64,000 nt of DNA, from assembly GCA_902774795.1 (NCBI GenBank), contig CACYKA010000007.1:1338-65337 (forward strand), given 5' to 3'. The position numbers and the translations under genes were made by a program. Shown one piece after another: positions 28,833 through 39,462 of the stretch. Positions within the stretch are counted from its first letter, which is position 1. Each line of letters begins with the position of its first letter. Origin of the DNA: an uncultured Prevotellaceae bacterium (GTDB taxonomy: Bacteria > Bacteroidota > Bacteroidia > Bacteroidales > Bacteroidaceae). The notes beneath the pieces were generated by a model that was not told where the DNA came from, searched no databases, and saw nothing but the letters and a program-made list of their open reading frames with translations.

Positions 28833-29498
28833 ATGGCAAACTACATTTTACAAGAACTCCCTGAGGAGATGACTGACGGAAAGAAAATTGTCTATCCAAA
28901 GATGCAAACCTACACAATGCATGACTATGACGAAGTGATCAAACACATGCGTATATATGCCGGCTCCATATCTGACGGCATAATTCGAGGAGTGATGGAT
29001 GCCCTGATACAGACTATGAAAACCTGGATGCCAATGGGACACACCATCAAGATTGACGGCCTTGGACTTTTTTCTCTGTCATTGGGCTTCGATACCAGCA
29101 CACCATCTGAAAAAACGATGGCAAAACAGCAGAAAGGTGGAGACGGAAGTTCACAAAAGACGAACTACAGGCATGTACGCATAAAGAGGATTAACTTCAA
29201 ACCTGATGCAAAGCTTATAGCTGACATGAATCAGCAGACTGAATTTGAGCGTGCTACGCCTGAAGTCCTGACGCCACGTAAAGAAACGTACAGCGTTGAA
29301 GAGCGCACAGCAAAGGCGCTGGAGATTATTGACAGCAAGGGATATATGACACTTTCAGACTATGCCATAGCTACTTCCCAAGGGCGTTCAGTTGCCTCTA
29401 AGGACCTCAAGTCTATGGTTGATAACCCCAAATCACCAATCACAACACAAGGCAGCCATTCACACAAGATTTGGGTGAGAAAACAGCCAAAGGCCTGA
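28833..29498 (+). CDS. Bacteroidales HU-related DNA-binding protein with a C-terminal wHTH-like extension
   Basis: GHTIKIDGLGLFSLSL and INFKPD motifs. Confidence 0.8.
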   Translation: MANYILQELPEEMTDGKKIVYPKMQTYTMHDYDEVIKHMRIYAGSISDGIIRGVMDALIQTMKTWMPMGHTIKIDGLGLFSLSLGFDTSTPSEKTMAKQQKGGDGSSQKTNYRHVRIKRINFKPDAKLIADMNQQTEFERATPEVLTPRKETYSVEERTAKALEIIDSKGYMTLSDYAIATSQGRSVASKDLKSMVDNPKSPITTQGSHSHKIWVRKQPKA

Positions 29499-29541
29499 GA
29501 ATTTAATACTCTTAAGGTAAAATACTCTTAAGGGTAAATGA

Positions 29542-29738
29542 TTAATTAGAGAAATTATTTATCTTCCCAACAACATACTTAGCCTCTTCCATCGTAATCA
29601 CCTGACTGATGGGGAGGCTTAATTCCTGCTGAGCAATAAGGTCGGTAAGGGGAAGGGCCATCTTTTCATTGATATATAGCTCCATAGGCGTGCCTCGCCA
29701 GCACTGCTGCCTATGAGGAGGTATGGGGTAATGTTCAT
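29542..29738 (-). pseudogene. Internally deleted DegT/FdtB-like aminotransferase remnant
   Basis: ATGAACATT is joined to a frame reading HYPIPPHRQQCW...QQELSLPISQVITMEEAKYVVGKINNFSN*, which resembles the C-terminus of 25913..27046. Confidence 0.85.
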
Positions 29739-30323
29739 TTAATAAAGGCTGACATTTATGTCAAATGGCGAGTCAAAATCTTTCAGAAGAGCATGCTTAG
29801 TATCCTTTTCCGAAAGAAGGGCCTTTTCTGTAGGTATCTTCCAATCTATGCCAAGCGATGTGTCAAGAATGCTTATGCCTCCATCAACTTCTGGATGATA
29901 GAACTCATCACACTTATATTGGAACACAGCTGTTTCACTCAAGACAGCAAAGCCATGAGCAAAGCCACGCGGAACAAAGAACTGAAGATGATTCTCTTCT
30001 GTCAGTTCTACTGCCACATGCTGCCCATATGTAGGGCTTCCCTTGCGGATATCAACAGCCACATCAAGAACAGCACCCTTCACACAACGAACCAACTTGC
30101 TCTGTGTAAATGGTGGACGCTGGAAGTGCAACCCACGCATTACGCCATAGGATGACATCGATTCATTGTCCTGCACGAAGTTAATTGTATGTCCGAGGAT
30201 TGGAGCCACTTTCTCGTCAAACTCACGCTGCGAGAAACTCTCAAAGAAATATCCGCGAGGGTCATTAAACACTCGTGGCTGAATGATCAGCACATCCTTT
30301 ATAGCTGTCTTTATTACTTCCAT
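29739..30323 (-). CDS. rfbC: dTDP-4-dehydrorhamnose 3,5-epimerase
   Basis: DPRGYFFESF, RGLHFQ and GFAHGF motifs. Confidence 0.95.
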   Translation of the reverse strand: MEVIKTAIKDVLIIQPRVFNDPRGYFFESFSQREFDEKVAPILGHTINFVQDNESMSSYGVMRGLHFQRPPFTQSKLVRCVKGAVLDVAVDIRKGSPTYGQHVAVELTEENHLQFFVPRGFAHGFAVLSETAVFQYKCDEFYHPEVDGGISILDTSLGIDWKIPTEKALLSEKDTKHALLKDFDSPFDINVSLY

Positions 30324-31204
30324 GATTCAATATTTTTTAGACATTGTTTTAAAGAATCAGTCCAATAAGGCACTTTTACTCCGAATGTTTCCTTGATGCT
30401 CGTCTTATCAAGTACAGAATAAGCTGGGCGTTTGACTGGCGAAGGGAATTCATCTGAATGACAAGGCTGGACATCACACTCCGTCTGACCAGAATATTCC
30501 TGTATCATCTTTGTGAAGTCATACCATGAGCATACACCCTCATTACTGAAATGATATGTTCCCACAACTGGCTTTTCAAGTATCTTGACAATAGCATTCG
30601 CAAGATCCAAAGCATAAGTAGGAGTGCCACACTGGTCGAACACAACCTTCAACTGTGGTTTTGAGGCTGTGAGGGCAAGCATAGTCTTACAGAAATTCTT
30701 ACCAAACTCTGAATACAACCAGGCAGTACGGATTATTACATACTTACAACCTGTTGCCATAATATTCTGCTCGCCATGCAGTTTTGTGGTTCCATAGACA
30801 CCCGTCGGAGTACCTTTCTGATCTGGAGAGCAGGGAACATTGTATGGTTCTTTGCCAAACACATAGTCAGTCGAAATATGTATCAGCCAGCCGTCAACCT
30901 CCTTCATAGCAATAGCAAGATTCTCTGGTGCCTTGGCATTTAGTTTTTCTGCTAACTCAGCCAATTTAGAATCTGTCTCACAGGCATCAACATTGGTCCA
31001 TGCTGCGCAGTTTACTATGACGTTGATGTTATTTTCGCGAACAATCATCCTGATATCCTCCAAATTAGTTATATCCAGATAGGTCGTTTCCGCCCCATCT
31101 TGCTCAGATACATCTGTAAAAAGGAAATTGCACGAAGAATTCTTGGCAACAATTCGCATCTCGTTGCCAAGCTGGCCATTTGCTCCTGTAACTAATATAT
31201 TCAT
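30314..31204 (-). CDS. rfbD: dTDP-4-dehydrorhamnose reductase
   Basis: TGANGQLG, STDYVF and YGTTK motifs. Confidence 0.93.
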   Translation of the reverse strand: MNILVTGANGQLGNEMRIVAKNSSCNFLFTDVSEQDGAETTYLDITNLEDIRMIVRENNINVIVNCAAWTNVDACETDSKLAELAEKLNAKAPENLAIAMKEVDGWLIHISTDYVFGKEPYNVPCSPDQKGTPTGVYGTTKLHGEQNIMATGCKYVIIRTAWLYSEFGKNFCKTMLALTASKPQLKVVFDQCGTPTYALDLANAIVKILEKPVVGTYHFSNEGVCSWYDFTKMIQEYSGQTECDVQPCHSDEFPSPVKRPAYSVLDKTSIKETFGVKVPYWTDSLKQCLKNIESWK

Positions 31205-31206
31205 TA

Positions 31207-31236
31207 TAAAGTTTAAAGTTTAGAGTTAAAAGTTTA
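31207..31236 (-). repeat. Heptamer array starting at the gmd stop codon
   Basis: Minus strand taaactt ttaactc taaactt taaactt. Confidence 0.75.
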
Positions 31237-32331
31237 CCTATGCTCTCGTTTCTCAAGATATTCAGCCAAATTGGTATGAACCTGTGCTGCTGCTGAATCA
31301 GCCTTAATCTTTGCAATATCATGCCTTACCATAAGTTCTACCAACTGCTCGAATGTGGTACTCATCGGATTCCAACCCAATTCTTTCTTTGCCTTAGTTG
31401 GATCACCCCACAGATTCACCACATCAGTAGGACGATAGAAGGCTTCAGATACAGCAACGACAGTCTTTCCTGTAGCGATGTCTATACCCTTCTCGTCTAT
31501 GCCTTTACCTTCCCATCGGAGTTCTATTCCTGCATAGTGGAAAGCCAAAGTAGCGAATTCTCGAACGGTATGCTGCACTCCTGTTGCAATAACAAAGTCT
31601 TCTGGTGTATCATGTTGCAGAATAAGCCACATACACTCTACATAATCCTTTGCATATCCCCAGTCGCGCAGGGAATCAAGATTACCTAGATACAGGCAAT
31701 CCTGTGTACCATTAGCAATACGTGCAGCTGCGAGGGTAATCTTGCGAGTTACGAATGTCTCACCACGTCGCTCTGACTCATGATTGAACAAGATGCCTGA
31801 ACAACAGAACATATTGTAAGCCTCTCGATATTCCTTGATAATCCAATAGCCATACAGTTTCGCAACAGCATAAGGGCTGTATGGATGGAAAGGGGTATTC
31901 TCATTCTGAGGAACCTCCTCCACCTTACCATAAAGCTCGGAAGTAGATGCCTGATATATTCTACAGGTATTCTCGAGATGATTAGTACGAACAGCCTCCA
32001 ATACTCTCAGTACTCCGACAGCATCGACGTCAGCAGTAAACTCTGGCGCATCAAAACTAACCTGCACATGACTCTGGGCTGCAAGGTTATATATCTCAGT
32101 CGGCTTGACATTGCCCACGAGTTTTACGAGAGACATAGAGTCACTCATATCGGCATAGTGAAGATGGAAATGAGGTTTTCCTTCGAGATGAGCGATGCGT
32201 TCGCGAAAATCCACTGAGCTGCGGCGAATTATACCATGCACCTCATAGCCTTTCTGCAACAAGAACTCACTCAAGTAAGAACCATCCTGACCAGTAATAC
32301 CAGTAATAAGGGCAATCTTTTTTTCCTCCAT
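31234..32331 (-). CDS. gmd: GDP-mannose 4,6-dehydratase
   Basis: [15 protein letters not shown] and [10 protein letters not shown] motifs. Confidence 0.95.
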   Translation of the reverse strand: MEEKKIALITGITGQDGSYLSEFLLQKGYEVHGIIRRSSVDFRERIAHLEGKPHFHLHYADMSDSMSLVKLVGNVKPTEIYNLAAQSHVQVSFDAPEFTADVDAVGVLRVLEAVRTNHLENTCRIYQASTSELYGKVEEVPQNENTPFHPYSPYAVAKLYGYWIIKEYREAYNMFCCSGILFNHESERRGETFVTRKITLAAARIANGTQDCLYLGNLDSLRDWGYAKDYVECMWLILQHDTPEDFVIATGVQHTVREFATLAFHYAGIELRWEGKGIDEKGIDIATGKTVVAVSEAFYRPTDVVNLWGDPTKAKKELGWNPMSTTFEQLVELMVRHDIAKIKADSAAAQVHTNLAEYLEKREHR

Positions 32332-32346
32332 AATCTCTATATCGCA

Positions 32347-33480
32347 TTATCTGTTCTTGTACATTGATTCATAATACTTCTCGTAGTCTCCTGAAGTGAT
32401 GTTATTCATCCACTCTTCATTGTCAAGATACCACTTCACAGTCTTCTCTATGCCCTCTTCGAACTGCAGGGATGGCTCCCAACCCAGTTCCTTCTGAAGT
32501 TTTGAAGAGTCTATAGCATAGCGTGCATCATGTCCAAGTCTGTCAGTAACATAGGTGATCAGATTCATATCCTCGCCCTCCTGACGTCCAAGAAGTCTGT
32601 CAACAGTATTTATTACTACTTTTATGATATCAATATTCTTCCACTCGTTGAAACCACCAATATTGTAGGTCTCAGCAATAGTACCCTTATGGAAAATAAG
32701 GTCAATGGCACGAGCATGGTCCTCAACAAAGAGCCAGTCGCGAACATTCTCACCCTTACCATAAACAGGCAATGGCTTGCGATTGCGGATATTATTGATG
32801 AAAAGAGGAATCAACTTCTCTGGGAACTGGTAAGGACCATAATTGTTAGAGCAGTTCGTAACAATCGTAGGCATTCCGTATGTATCGTGGAAAGCACGTA
32901 CGAAGTGGTCACTGCTTGCCTTTGATGCTGAATAAGGAGAATGAGGCATATACTTTGTGTCCTCATAGAAGAAATCCTTGCCATACGCCAGATGATGTTT
33001 TCCTGAGCTAGCCTTAGTAGTAAATGGAGGCTCAATACCTTCTGGATTGGTCATTTTCAGTGCTCCATACACCTCATCTGTTGATATATGATAGAAGCGC
33101 TTACCCTCATACTTCTCAGGGAGAGATTCCCAATACAGCTTTGCAGCCTGCAGCAGAGAAAGCGTACCCATCACATTGGTCTTTGCAAACGTGAAAGGAT
33201 CCTTTATGGAACGGTCCACATGACTTTCTGCAGCAAGGTGGATGATACCATCAATCTTCTCATCCTGCATCAGCTGGTAGAAGGCGTCAAAGTCACATAT
33301 ATCCATCTTGACAAACTTGTAGTTGGGTTTGTCCTCTATATCCTTAAGATTTGCCAGATTTCCAGCATATGTCAACTTATCCAGATTAATGATATTATAT
33401 TCTGGATACTTATTCACAAAAAGACGAACAACATGGGAGCCTATAAAACCTGCTCCACCAGTAATTACAATATTCTTCAT
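32347..33480 (-). CDS. rfbB: dTDP-glucose 4,6-dehydratase
   Basis: GGAGFIG, AESHVDRS, STDEVYG and YSASK motifs. Confidence 0.95.
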   Translation of the reverse strand: MKNIVITGGAGFIGSHVVRLFVNKYPEYNIINLDKLTYAGNLANLKDIEDKPNYKFVKMDICDFDAFYQLMQDEKIDGIIHLAAESHVDRSIKDPFTFAKTNVMGTLSLLQAAKLYWESLPEKYEGKRFYHISTDEVYGALKMTNPEGIEPPFTTKASSGKHHLAYGKDFFYEDTKYMPHSPYSASKASSDHFVRAFHDTYGMPTIVTNCSNNYGPYQFPEKLIPLFINNIRNRKPLPVYGKGENVRDWLFVEDHARAIDLIFHKGTIAETYNIGGFNEWKNIDIIKVVINTVDRLLGRQEGEDMNLITYVTDRLGHDARYAIDSSKLQKELGWEPSLQFEEGIEKTVKWYLDNEEWMNNITSGDYEKYYESMYKNR

Positions 33481-33482
33481 AT

Positions 33483-34388
33483 TTAATCTAAATTATCTTT
33501 ACCATAACGTTTAACTTCATCAATAACCTTAAGGAGATACTGACCATATTGATTCTTCAGCATTGGCTGTGCCAGTTGACGCATCTTCTCTTCGCTGATC
33601 CAACCCTTACGGAATGCTATACCTTCGAGACATGCGACCTTCAAGCCCTGACGCTTCTCAAGCACTTCAATATATGTCGAAGCCTCAGAAAGAGAATCAT
33701 GTGTACCAGTATCAAGCCATGCAAAGCCACGACCTAATGTCTGTACTTTCAACTCCTTGTCGTTCAGGAACCACTGATTGACTGTGGTAATTTCGTATTC
33801 TCCACGTGCAGAAGGCTTTATCTTGCTCGCGACATCTACGACTTTATTCGGATAGAAATACAAGCCTACTACGGCATAATTACTCTTAGGATTCTCAGGT
33901 TTCTCCTCAATAGAAAGGCAATTGCCATCAGCATCGAATTCTGCAACGCCATATCTCTCTGGGTCATTGACCCAATACCCGAAGACAGTAGCCTTCTTCT
34001 CTTCTTCTGCTGTACGCACAGCCTCTTTCAGCATCTTTGAGAAGCCATTACCCTGAAAAATATTATCGCCTAAGACAAGGCAAGCAGAATCATCTCCGAT
34101 AAAATCCTTTCCAATAGTAAATGCCTGTGCCAGGCCATCTGGAGATGGCTGTTCTGCATATTCAAAATGAACGCCATAATCAGACCCATCGCCTAACAGA
34201 CGTTTGAAACCTGGCAAATCGTACGGTGTTGAAATAATCAGAATATCCTTGATACCAGCCAGCATCAACACTGATATTGGATAATATATCATCGGTTTGT
34301 CATAAATTGGCATCAACTGTTTGGAAATGCCTTTCGTAATGGGATAAAGTCGGGTTCCTGACCCTCCTGCTAATACAATTCCTTTCAT
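33483..34388 (-). CDS. rfbA: Glucose-1-phosphate thymidylyltransferase
   Basis: [11 protein letters not shown] and WLDTGT motifs. Confidence 0.96.
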   Translation of the reverse strand: MKGIVLAGGSGTRLYPITKGISKQLMPIYDKPMIYYPISVLMLAGIKDILIISTPYDLPGFKRLLGDGSDYGVHFEYAEQPSPDGLAQAFTIGKDFIGDDSACLVLGDNIFQGNGFSKMLKEAVRTAEEEKKATVFGYWVNDPERYGVAEFDADGNCLSIEEKPENPKSNYAVVGLYFYPNKVVDVASKIKPSARGEYEITTVNQWFLNDKELKVQTLGRGFAWLDTGTHDSLSEASTYIEVLEKRQGLKVACLEGIAFRKGWISEEKMRQLAQPMLKNQYGQYLLKVIDEVKRYGKDNLD

Positions 34389-34411
34389 AACTTTATTTTT
34401 TTAGGTCCTAA

Positions 34412-36247
34412 TTATAGTTGTTGCATATCATATAATCTCTTATAATAACCATCTTTGGCTATAAGTTCGTCGTGCTGTCCGCTCTCAACTATCTCGCCCT
34501 CATAAAGGACGTGGATAATATCCGCATTCTTGATAGTAGAAAGTCTGTGAGCTATGGCGACAGTCGTACGCGTCTTCATCAATCTGTCGAGAGCCTCCTG
34601 AACCAAATGCTCAGACTCAGTATCAAGCGCAGAAGTAGCCTCATCCAGGATAAGAATCGGAGGATTCTTAAGTATGGCACGAGCTATAGAAACACGCTGC
34701 CGCTGTCCACCAGACAAACGTCCACCTCTGTCTCCTATCATAGTATTATAGCCCTGCTCACTTTCCATAATAAAATCATGCGCATTGGCTATCTTTGCAG
34801 CCTCTATGACCTGTTCCATAGTGGCATTCTCAACGCCGAAGGTGATATTGTTATAGAACGTATCATTGAAGAGTATAGCTTCCTGATTGACATTTCCAAT
34901 CAACTGACGCAAATCATGGACGCCAACCTCCTTGATGTTTTTACCATCGATATATACACCACCATCTGTGACATCGTGGTAACGTGGTATCAGATCCACC
35001 AGCGTTGACTTTCCTGAACCAGACTGCCCTACAAGAGCAACAGTCTTACCTTTCGGAACCGTAAGATTAACATGTTTGAGCACTTCACGTCCCTCAATAT
35101 AATGGAATGAAACATCACGCAACTCCACTTTATCCTCAAAACTGTTCAATGGCTTCGGATTAGGCAGTTCCTTAATAGGATTCTCTGCCTGAAGAATATA
35201 ATCTATACGATCCATTGATGCCAAGCCAAGCGGTATGTAATATGTCGTACGTGTCAAATCCTTAATTGGATTGATAACGCTATACAATATTACCATGTAG
35301 AAAATGAATGTAGAAGCATCAATAAATCCTTTGCCTTCCAGAATCAGCCATCCACCAAACAACAATACGACAACAATGATAACCGTACCAAGTGTCTCAG
35401 AAACAGGATGGGCTGCATTCAAACGGCGCATCATACTTATCATACCGCGACGAAACTCATTGTTCACAAACATAAAACGTTTGTTCATCTTGTCTTCAGC
35501 TATAAACGCCTTGACAATACGAAGTCCACCAAGAGTTTCCTCTATTTGCGCCATAATCTCACTGAGGCCTGCCTGAACGTCAGCCGACTGACCTTTCAAC
35601 TTTTTACTTACCGCTCCCATTACCCATGCTGCAGGCGGTGCCACACACAGCACAAACAACGTCAACTGCCAACTGACAGTAAAGAGGGTCGTAAAACATA
35701 TAATGATTGCGATAGGCTGACGAATAAGGTTATCCATGCCAGAGGTAATAGAACTTTCAACTATCTGCACGTCTGTACTCATGCGGACAATAATGTCACC
35801 TTTGCGCTCTGAACTGAAGAAACTCAATGGAAGTTTTAATATCTTGTTATACAGTTCTGTACGGATATCCCTTACTATGCCTGTGCTTAATGGCACCATG
35901 ATATTCATAGAAGCCCAGTAACCAGTACATTTTATTGCAGTCATAACTATAAGAATAACACCCATAAGGCAAAGGGTGATAAACGCACCGTATGACGAAG
36001 TCATGCTCTGTACCCATGCATAACCGTTATTCACAATAGTATCCTTATCCAGAGTACTCCAAGTCCACTCCTTGTAATGATATACCGTCTGGTCGATCTT
36101 AAACAAAATGTTTAATATCGGAATCAAAACTACGAATGAAAATACATTCATCCACTGGGCGAAGATGTTCAGCAGTACGGCTCCTACAATATACATCCTG
36201 TAAGGAAGCATATACCTGGCCAAAACCCTAAAAAATTGCTTAAGCAT
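34412..36247 (-). CDS. MsbA-like ABC exporter
   Basis: TMD followed by GQSGSGKST and LSGGQRQ. Start at ATG 36247, downstream of a TAATTTTG promoter box at 36272-36279. Confidence 0.88.
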   Translation of the reverse strand: MLKQFFRVLARYMLPYRMYIVGAVLLNIFAQWMNVFSFVVLIPILNILFKIDQTVYHYKEWTWSTLDKDTIVNNGYAWVQSMTSSYGAFITLCLMGVILIVMTAIKCTGYWASMNIMVPLSTGIVRDIRTELYNKILKLPLSFFSSERKGDIIVRMSTDVQIVESSITSGMDNLIRQPIAIIICFTTLFTVSWQLTLFVLCVAPPAAWVMGAVSKKLKGQSADVQAGLSEIMAQIEETLGGLRIVKAFIAEDKMNKRFMFVNNEFRRGMISMMRRLNAAHPVSETLGTVIIVVVLLFGGWLILEGKGFIDASTFIFYMVILYSVINPIKDLTRTTYYIPLGLASMDRIDYILQAENPIKELPNPKPLNSFEDKVELRDVSFHYIEGREVLKHVNLTVPKGKTVALVGQSGSGKSTLVDLIPRYHDVTDGGVYIDGKNIKEVGVHDLRQLIGNVNQEAILFNDTFYNNITFGVENATMEQVIEAAKIANAHDFIMESEQGYNTMIGDRGGRLSGGQRQRVSIARAILKNPPILILDEATSALDTESEHLVQEALDRLMKTRTTVAIAHRLSTIKNADIIHVLYEGEIVESGQHDELIAKDGYYKRLYDMQQL

Positions 36248-36283
36248 TTTACAGTTATTTTTTATCGGGGTCAAAATTACAAA

Positions 36284-36317
36284 AAAATCCCGAATATACA
36301 AAATTATTCGGGACTTT
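36284..36317. terminator. Hairpin after the hydrolase gene, overlapping the ABC exporter promoter
   Basis: tcccgaata/tattcggga flanked by A and T runs. Confidence 0.6.
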
Positions 36318-37100
36318 TTATTCTTTTAACCACATTTCCAACTCTTTCAGCATGATATCATGATATTTCCACGTATCTTTAAAGCCGAATCCATGCCCTC
36401 CTGAGGGATATGCATGCATGGATGCCTTTTTACCAGCCTTACGCAAAGAAATATAGTATTCAAAACCATTTGTCAACGGAGGTACGGCTCTGTCATCACT
36501 AGCAAGAATTATTATTGCAGGAGGTGTCAGGCTATCTACTGCCTCATGGCTGCTCCACTCCTTTACCAATTTACTGTCCGAACGGGAATCACCAAGAAAG
36601 CCTACACAAGAACCTTTATGCGTCACACGCTCATCCATACTTATTACAGGATAAAAAAGCACAGAGAAATTTGGACGCAAGTTAGCCGGAGCATGAGTAC
36701 TTACAGCCGATGCTAAGTGTCCGCCCGCAGAAAAGCCCTGTATTCCAATGTCATTGGGATTTATATGCCACAATTCAGCATTATCCTTAAAAGTCTTTAT
36801 GGCTTCATAAGCATCAGACAGGGGAATATTCCTGTCTCCATTAGGCATTCTGTATTTTAAGACACCATAGGCGATACCTAAATCATTATAGAATCCCGCC
36901 CAGTTATGCCCCTCATTATCCATTGACAGATGGCTGTATCCTCCACCAGGACAGTCAACAACAGCACGGCCTATAGCCTTATCAGCCTCAGGCAGATAAA
37001 CTGTCATCTCCGCACCTGTTGAAAGTTTTATCAGCTTACCTTCAGCAAATGCCAGCATCGGGACAAGAAAAACAAGGAAAAAGAGAGGTAACTTCTTCAT
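36318..37100 (-). CDS. Secreted alpha/beta hydrolase (BD-FAE-like esterase)
   Basis: PGGGY, GFSAGG and GGHGFG motifs, with a signal peptide. Confidence 0.85.
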   Translation of the reverse strand: MKKLPLFFLVFLVPMLAFAEGKLIKLSTGAEMTVYLPEADKAIGRAVVDCPGGGYSHLSMDNEGHNWAGFYNDLGIAYGVLKYRMPNGDRNIPLSDAYEAIKTFKDNAELWHINPNDIGIQGFSAGGHLASAVSTHAPANLRPNFSVLFYPVISMDERVTHKGSCVGFLGDSRSDSKLVKEWSSHEAVDSLTPPAIIILASDDRAVPPLTNGFEYYISLRKAGKKASMHAYPSGGHGFGFKDTWKYHDIMLKELEMWLKE

Positions 37101-38011
37101 TAATTATAACGAAGTATCTGCCCAGGACGCACCTTTACATTCTTGGATATATGGTTCATCCTGCATATCTGGTCGATAGTAGTATTACGCTTTCTTGCAA
37201 TACTGGAGAGAGTTTCCCCTGCAACAACCTTATGATAGTGAGTTACAGTATTCTCCGAATCCATCGATCCTGAGCCACTCTGCTGTCTTGAGCTATTACG
37301 AGCACTACGTGAAGCAGATGCAAGTTCTCTTCTGTAGTTAGCCTTTTTGAACAGATAAGAATCAGCCACAACATCCTGATTTACGAAATCAAAGAACGTA
37401 GTAGGATTTATAGCCACGCCACACAGACGAGTCTCGAAATGCAGATGTGAACCAGTCGAACGGCCTGTATTACCACCAAGTCCTATAGGCTGGCCAGCTT
37501 TAACGGTCTGGTTTTCTTCCACAAGCCATGCAGACATATGACCATACACGGTTTCAAGGCCATTGTTATGACGTATCACAACATACTTGCCGTATCCGGC
37601 AGCCTCATATCTTACGATTCTTACCTTTCCTGAGAAAGCAGCACGAATAGTATCTCCAATATATACCTTTATATCTGTACCCTTATGCATTCTGCCCCAT
37701 CTTGCACCAAAATTGCTGGTAACGACACGGCTGTCACAAGGCATATGGAAACCTCTAAGGTTGATACGGAAAGAATCTGGTAATGCAGTTTCACGGTGAG
37801 CGTACTTATTACTCCACTCTGGATACAACATAGAAGATGGCGCTTCTGCCTCTTCACGCTCAATTACATTTCTTAAAGCAAGAGTATCAAGCTTCTTCAT
37901 GTGGGTATCCAACGGAGCCTGCTTTGCTATAAGATCTTGACCAAAACTTGCTGTCGCGACAAACGACAACATTATGGAAATCAATGTAATATACAAATTC
38001 TTAGATTTCAT
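37100..38011 (-). CDS. M23 peptidase with a LysM domain
   Basis: HKGTD and HLHFE motifs, C-terminal LysM. Confidence 0.9.
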   Translation of the reverse strand: MKSKNLYITLISIMLSFVATASFGQDLIAKQAPLDTHMKKLDTLALRNVIEREEAEAPSSMLYPEWSNKYAHRETALPDSFRINLRGFHMPCDSRVVTSNFGARWGRMHKGTDIKVYIGDTIRAAFSGKVRIVRYEAAGYGKYVVIRHNNGLETVYGHMSAWLVEENQTVKAGQPIGLGGNTGRSTGSHLHFETRLCGVAINPTTFFDFVNQDVVADSYLFKKANYRRELASASRSARNSSRQQSGSGSMDSENTVTHYHKVVAGETLSSIARKRNTTIDQICRMNHISKNVKVRPGQILRYN

Positions 38012-38112
38012 TATTATACATCTCTCTCATTTAATTTTGCGCCAATATTGGCTGGGGTGATACACAAATTCGGGTGCAAAGGTAAGAAAAAAATCTGGAA
38101 CAGACTAAAAAA

Positions 38113-39462
38113 TTAGGATTTCTTAACTTTTAATCTTTCTTCTACCTTCGCCAATTGTGCTGCAAAATCCTTATCTTTTTCTATCATCTCACGCACCTTA
38201 TTTATGCTATGCAGCACTGTGCTGTGATCTCTTCCGCCAATCAGTTTTCCGATTCTGGCAGCAGGTAGATTAGTGTATTTGTCAGCTAAATATATAATGA
38301 CCTGTCGTGGTATAACAAGTTCGCGTTTTCGCGATGCCCCTTTTACGGCATTTGGCGTAACCTCATAATGCCTGCATACTATATCCATGATATCATCCAC
38401 CGTCAAAGGCATATTATCAATCTTGACAGCGCGTCCTACCACACGTTCTGCAAGCTTCATGTCAATATTACAATTGCACATTATACTATATGCCATCAGG
38501 GAATTAATTATACCTTCCAGCTCTCGGATAGAATTGTTTGCTGTCTGGGCTATGAATTTGACGACATCTGCAGGTATCTTCATACCGTCACGCGCCATCT
38601 TATTATAAAGGATATCCTCACAAAGCTGAACATTAGGCTGTTCCATCTCAGCCATCATGCCGCTCTTGAAACGTGAAAGCAGACGTTTGTTCATCCCCTC
38701 AAGTTCCACAGGAGCCCTGTCGCTGACAAGTATTATACGCTTACCATTAACGGAAAGGTGGTTGAAGATATGGAAGAACGCATTCTGGGTCTTAGTCGCC
38801 GTCATCCACTCCTGTACATCATCTACTATCAGCATATCGATAGTTTGATAAAAGGAGATGAAATCGTTGAAATTACCATTAAGATTCGCCTGCGTAAACT
38901 GTTGCTGAAACATTTGCGCGCTGACGTACAGCACCCTTTTATCAGGGTACAGTTCTTTGCATCTGTTCCCTATAGCGTTGACAAGGTGCGTTTTTCCGCA
39001 GCCTGACGGTCCGTATATAAACAGCGGATTAAACTGCGTGCCGGCAGGATGTTCTGCAACCCTTAATCCGACAGAACGTGACAGCCTGTTACTGTCCCCC
39101 TCTACGAATGTACGGAAAATCTGATTCCTGTTCAGATTTGACTCTATATCAGGCTCTGGAGTAGCAGGGCCTTCAAACGTAATTCCGCCTTTCGGGCTAT
39201 CACGCATTACTATATGCCATTTCAGGCGTACAATGCCGAAAGAACATTGTATTGCTTTTCGGAAAACCTCAAAAAGTCCATCGTCTTTCTCTATTGACTC
39301 GCATATATATTGAGTGGGAACACGTAACACGAGAGTCTTCGAGGCTAATTCAAAAGTCTCGAATTCAACGTGAGAAAAGAGGTTAGCGTATTCCTCGCTA
39401 CCTATATTCTCACGGATATATTTCAAACACCCTTCCCAGAGTTCTCTCGTGTTCCTATTCAC
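38113..39462 (-). CDS. dnaA: Chromosomal replication initiator DnaA
   Basis: FNPLFIYGPSGCGKTHL and GGRDHSTVLHS motifs. Confidence 0.96.
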   Translation of the reverse strand: MNRNTRELWEGCLKYIRENIGSEEYANLFSHVEFETFELASKTLVLRVPTQYICESIEKDDGLFEVFRKAIQCSFGIVRLKWHIVMRDSPKGGITFEGPATPEPDIESNLNRNQIFRTFVEGDSNRLSRSVGLRVAEHPAGTQFNPLFIYGPSGCGKTHLVNAIGNRCKELYPDKRVLYVSAQMFQQQFTQANLNGNFNDFISFYQTIDMLIVDDVQEWMTATKTQNAFFHIFNHLSVNGKRIILVSDRAPVELEGMNKRLLSRFKSGMMAEMEQPNVQLCEDILYNKMARDGMKIPADVVKFIAQTANNSIRELEGIINSLMAYSIMCNCNIDMKLAERVVGRAVKIDNMPLTVDDIMDIVCRHYEVTPNAVKGASRKRELVIPRQVIIYLADKYTNLPAARIGKLIGGRDHSTVLHSINKVREMIEKDKDFAAQLAKVEERLKVKKS

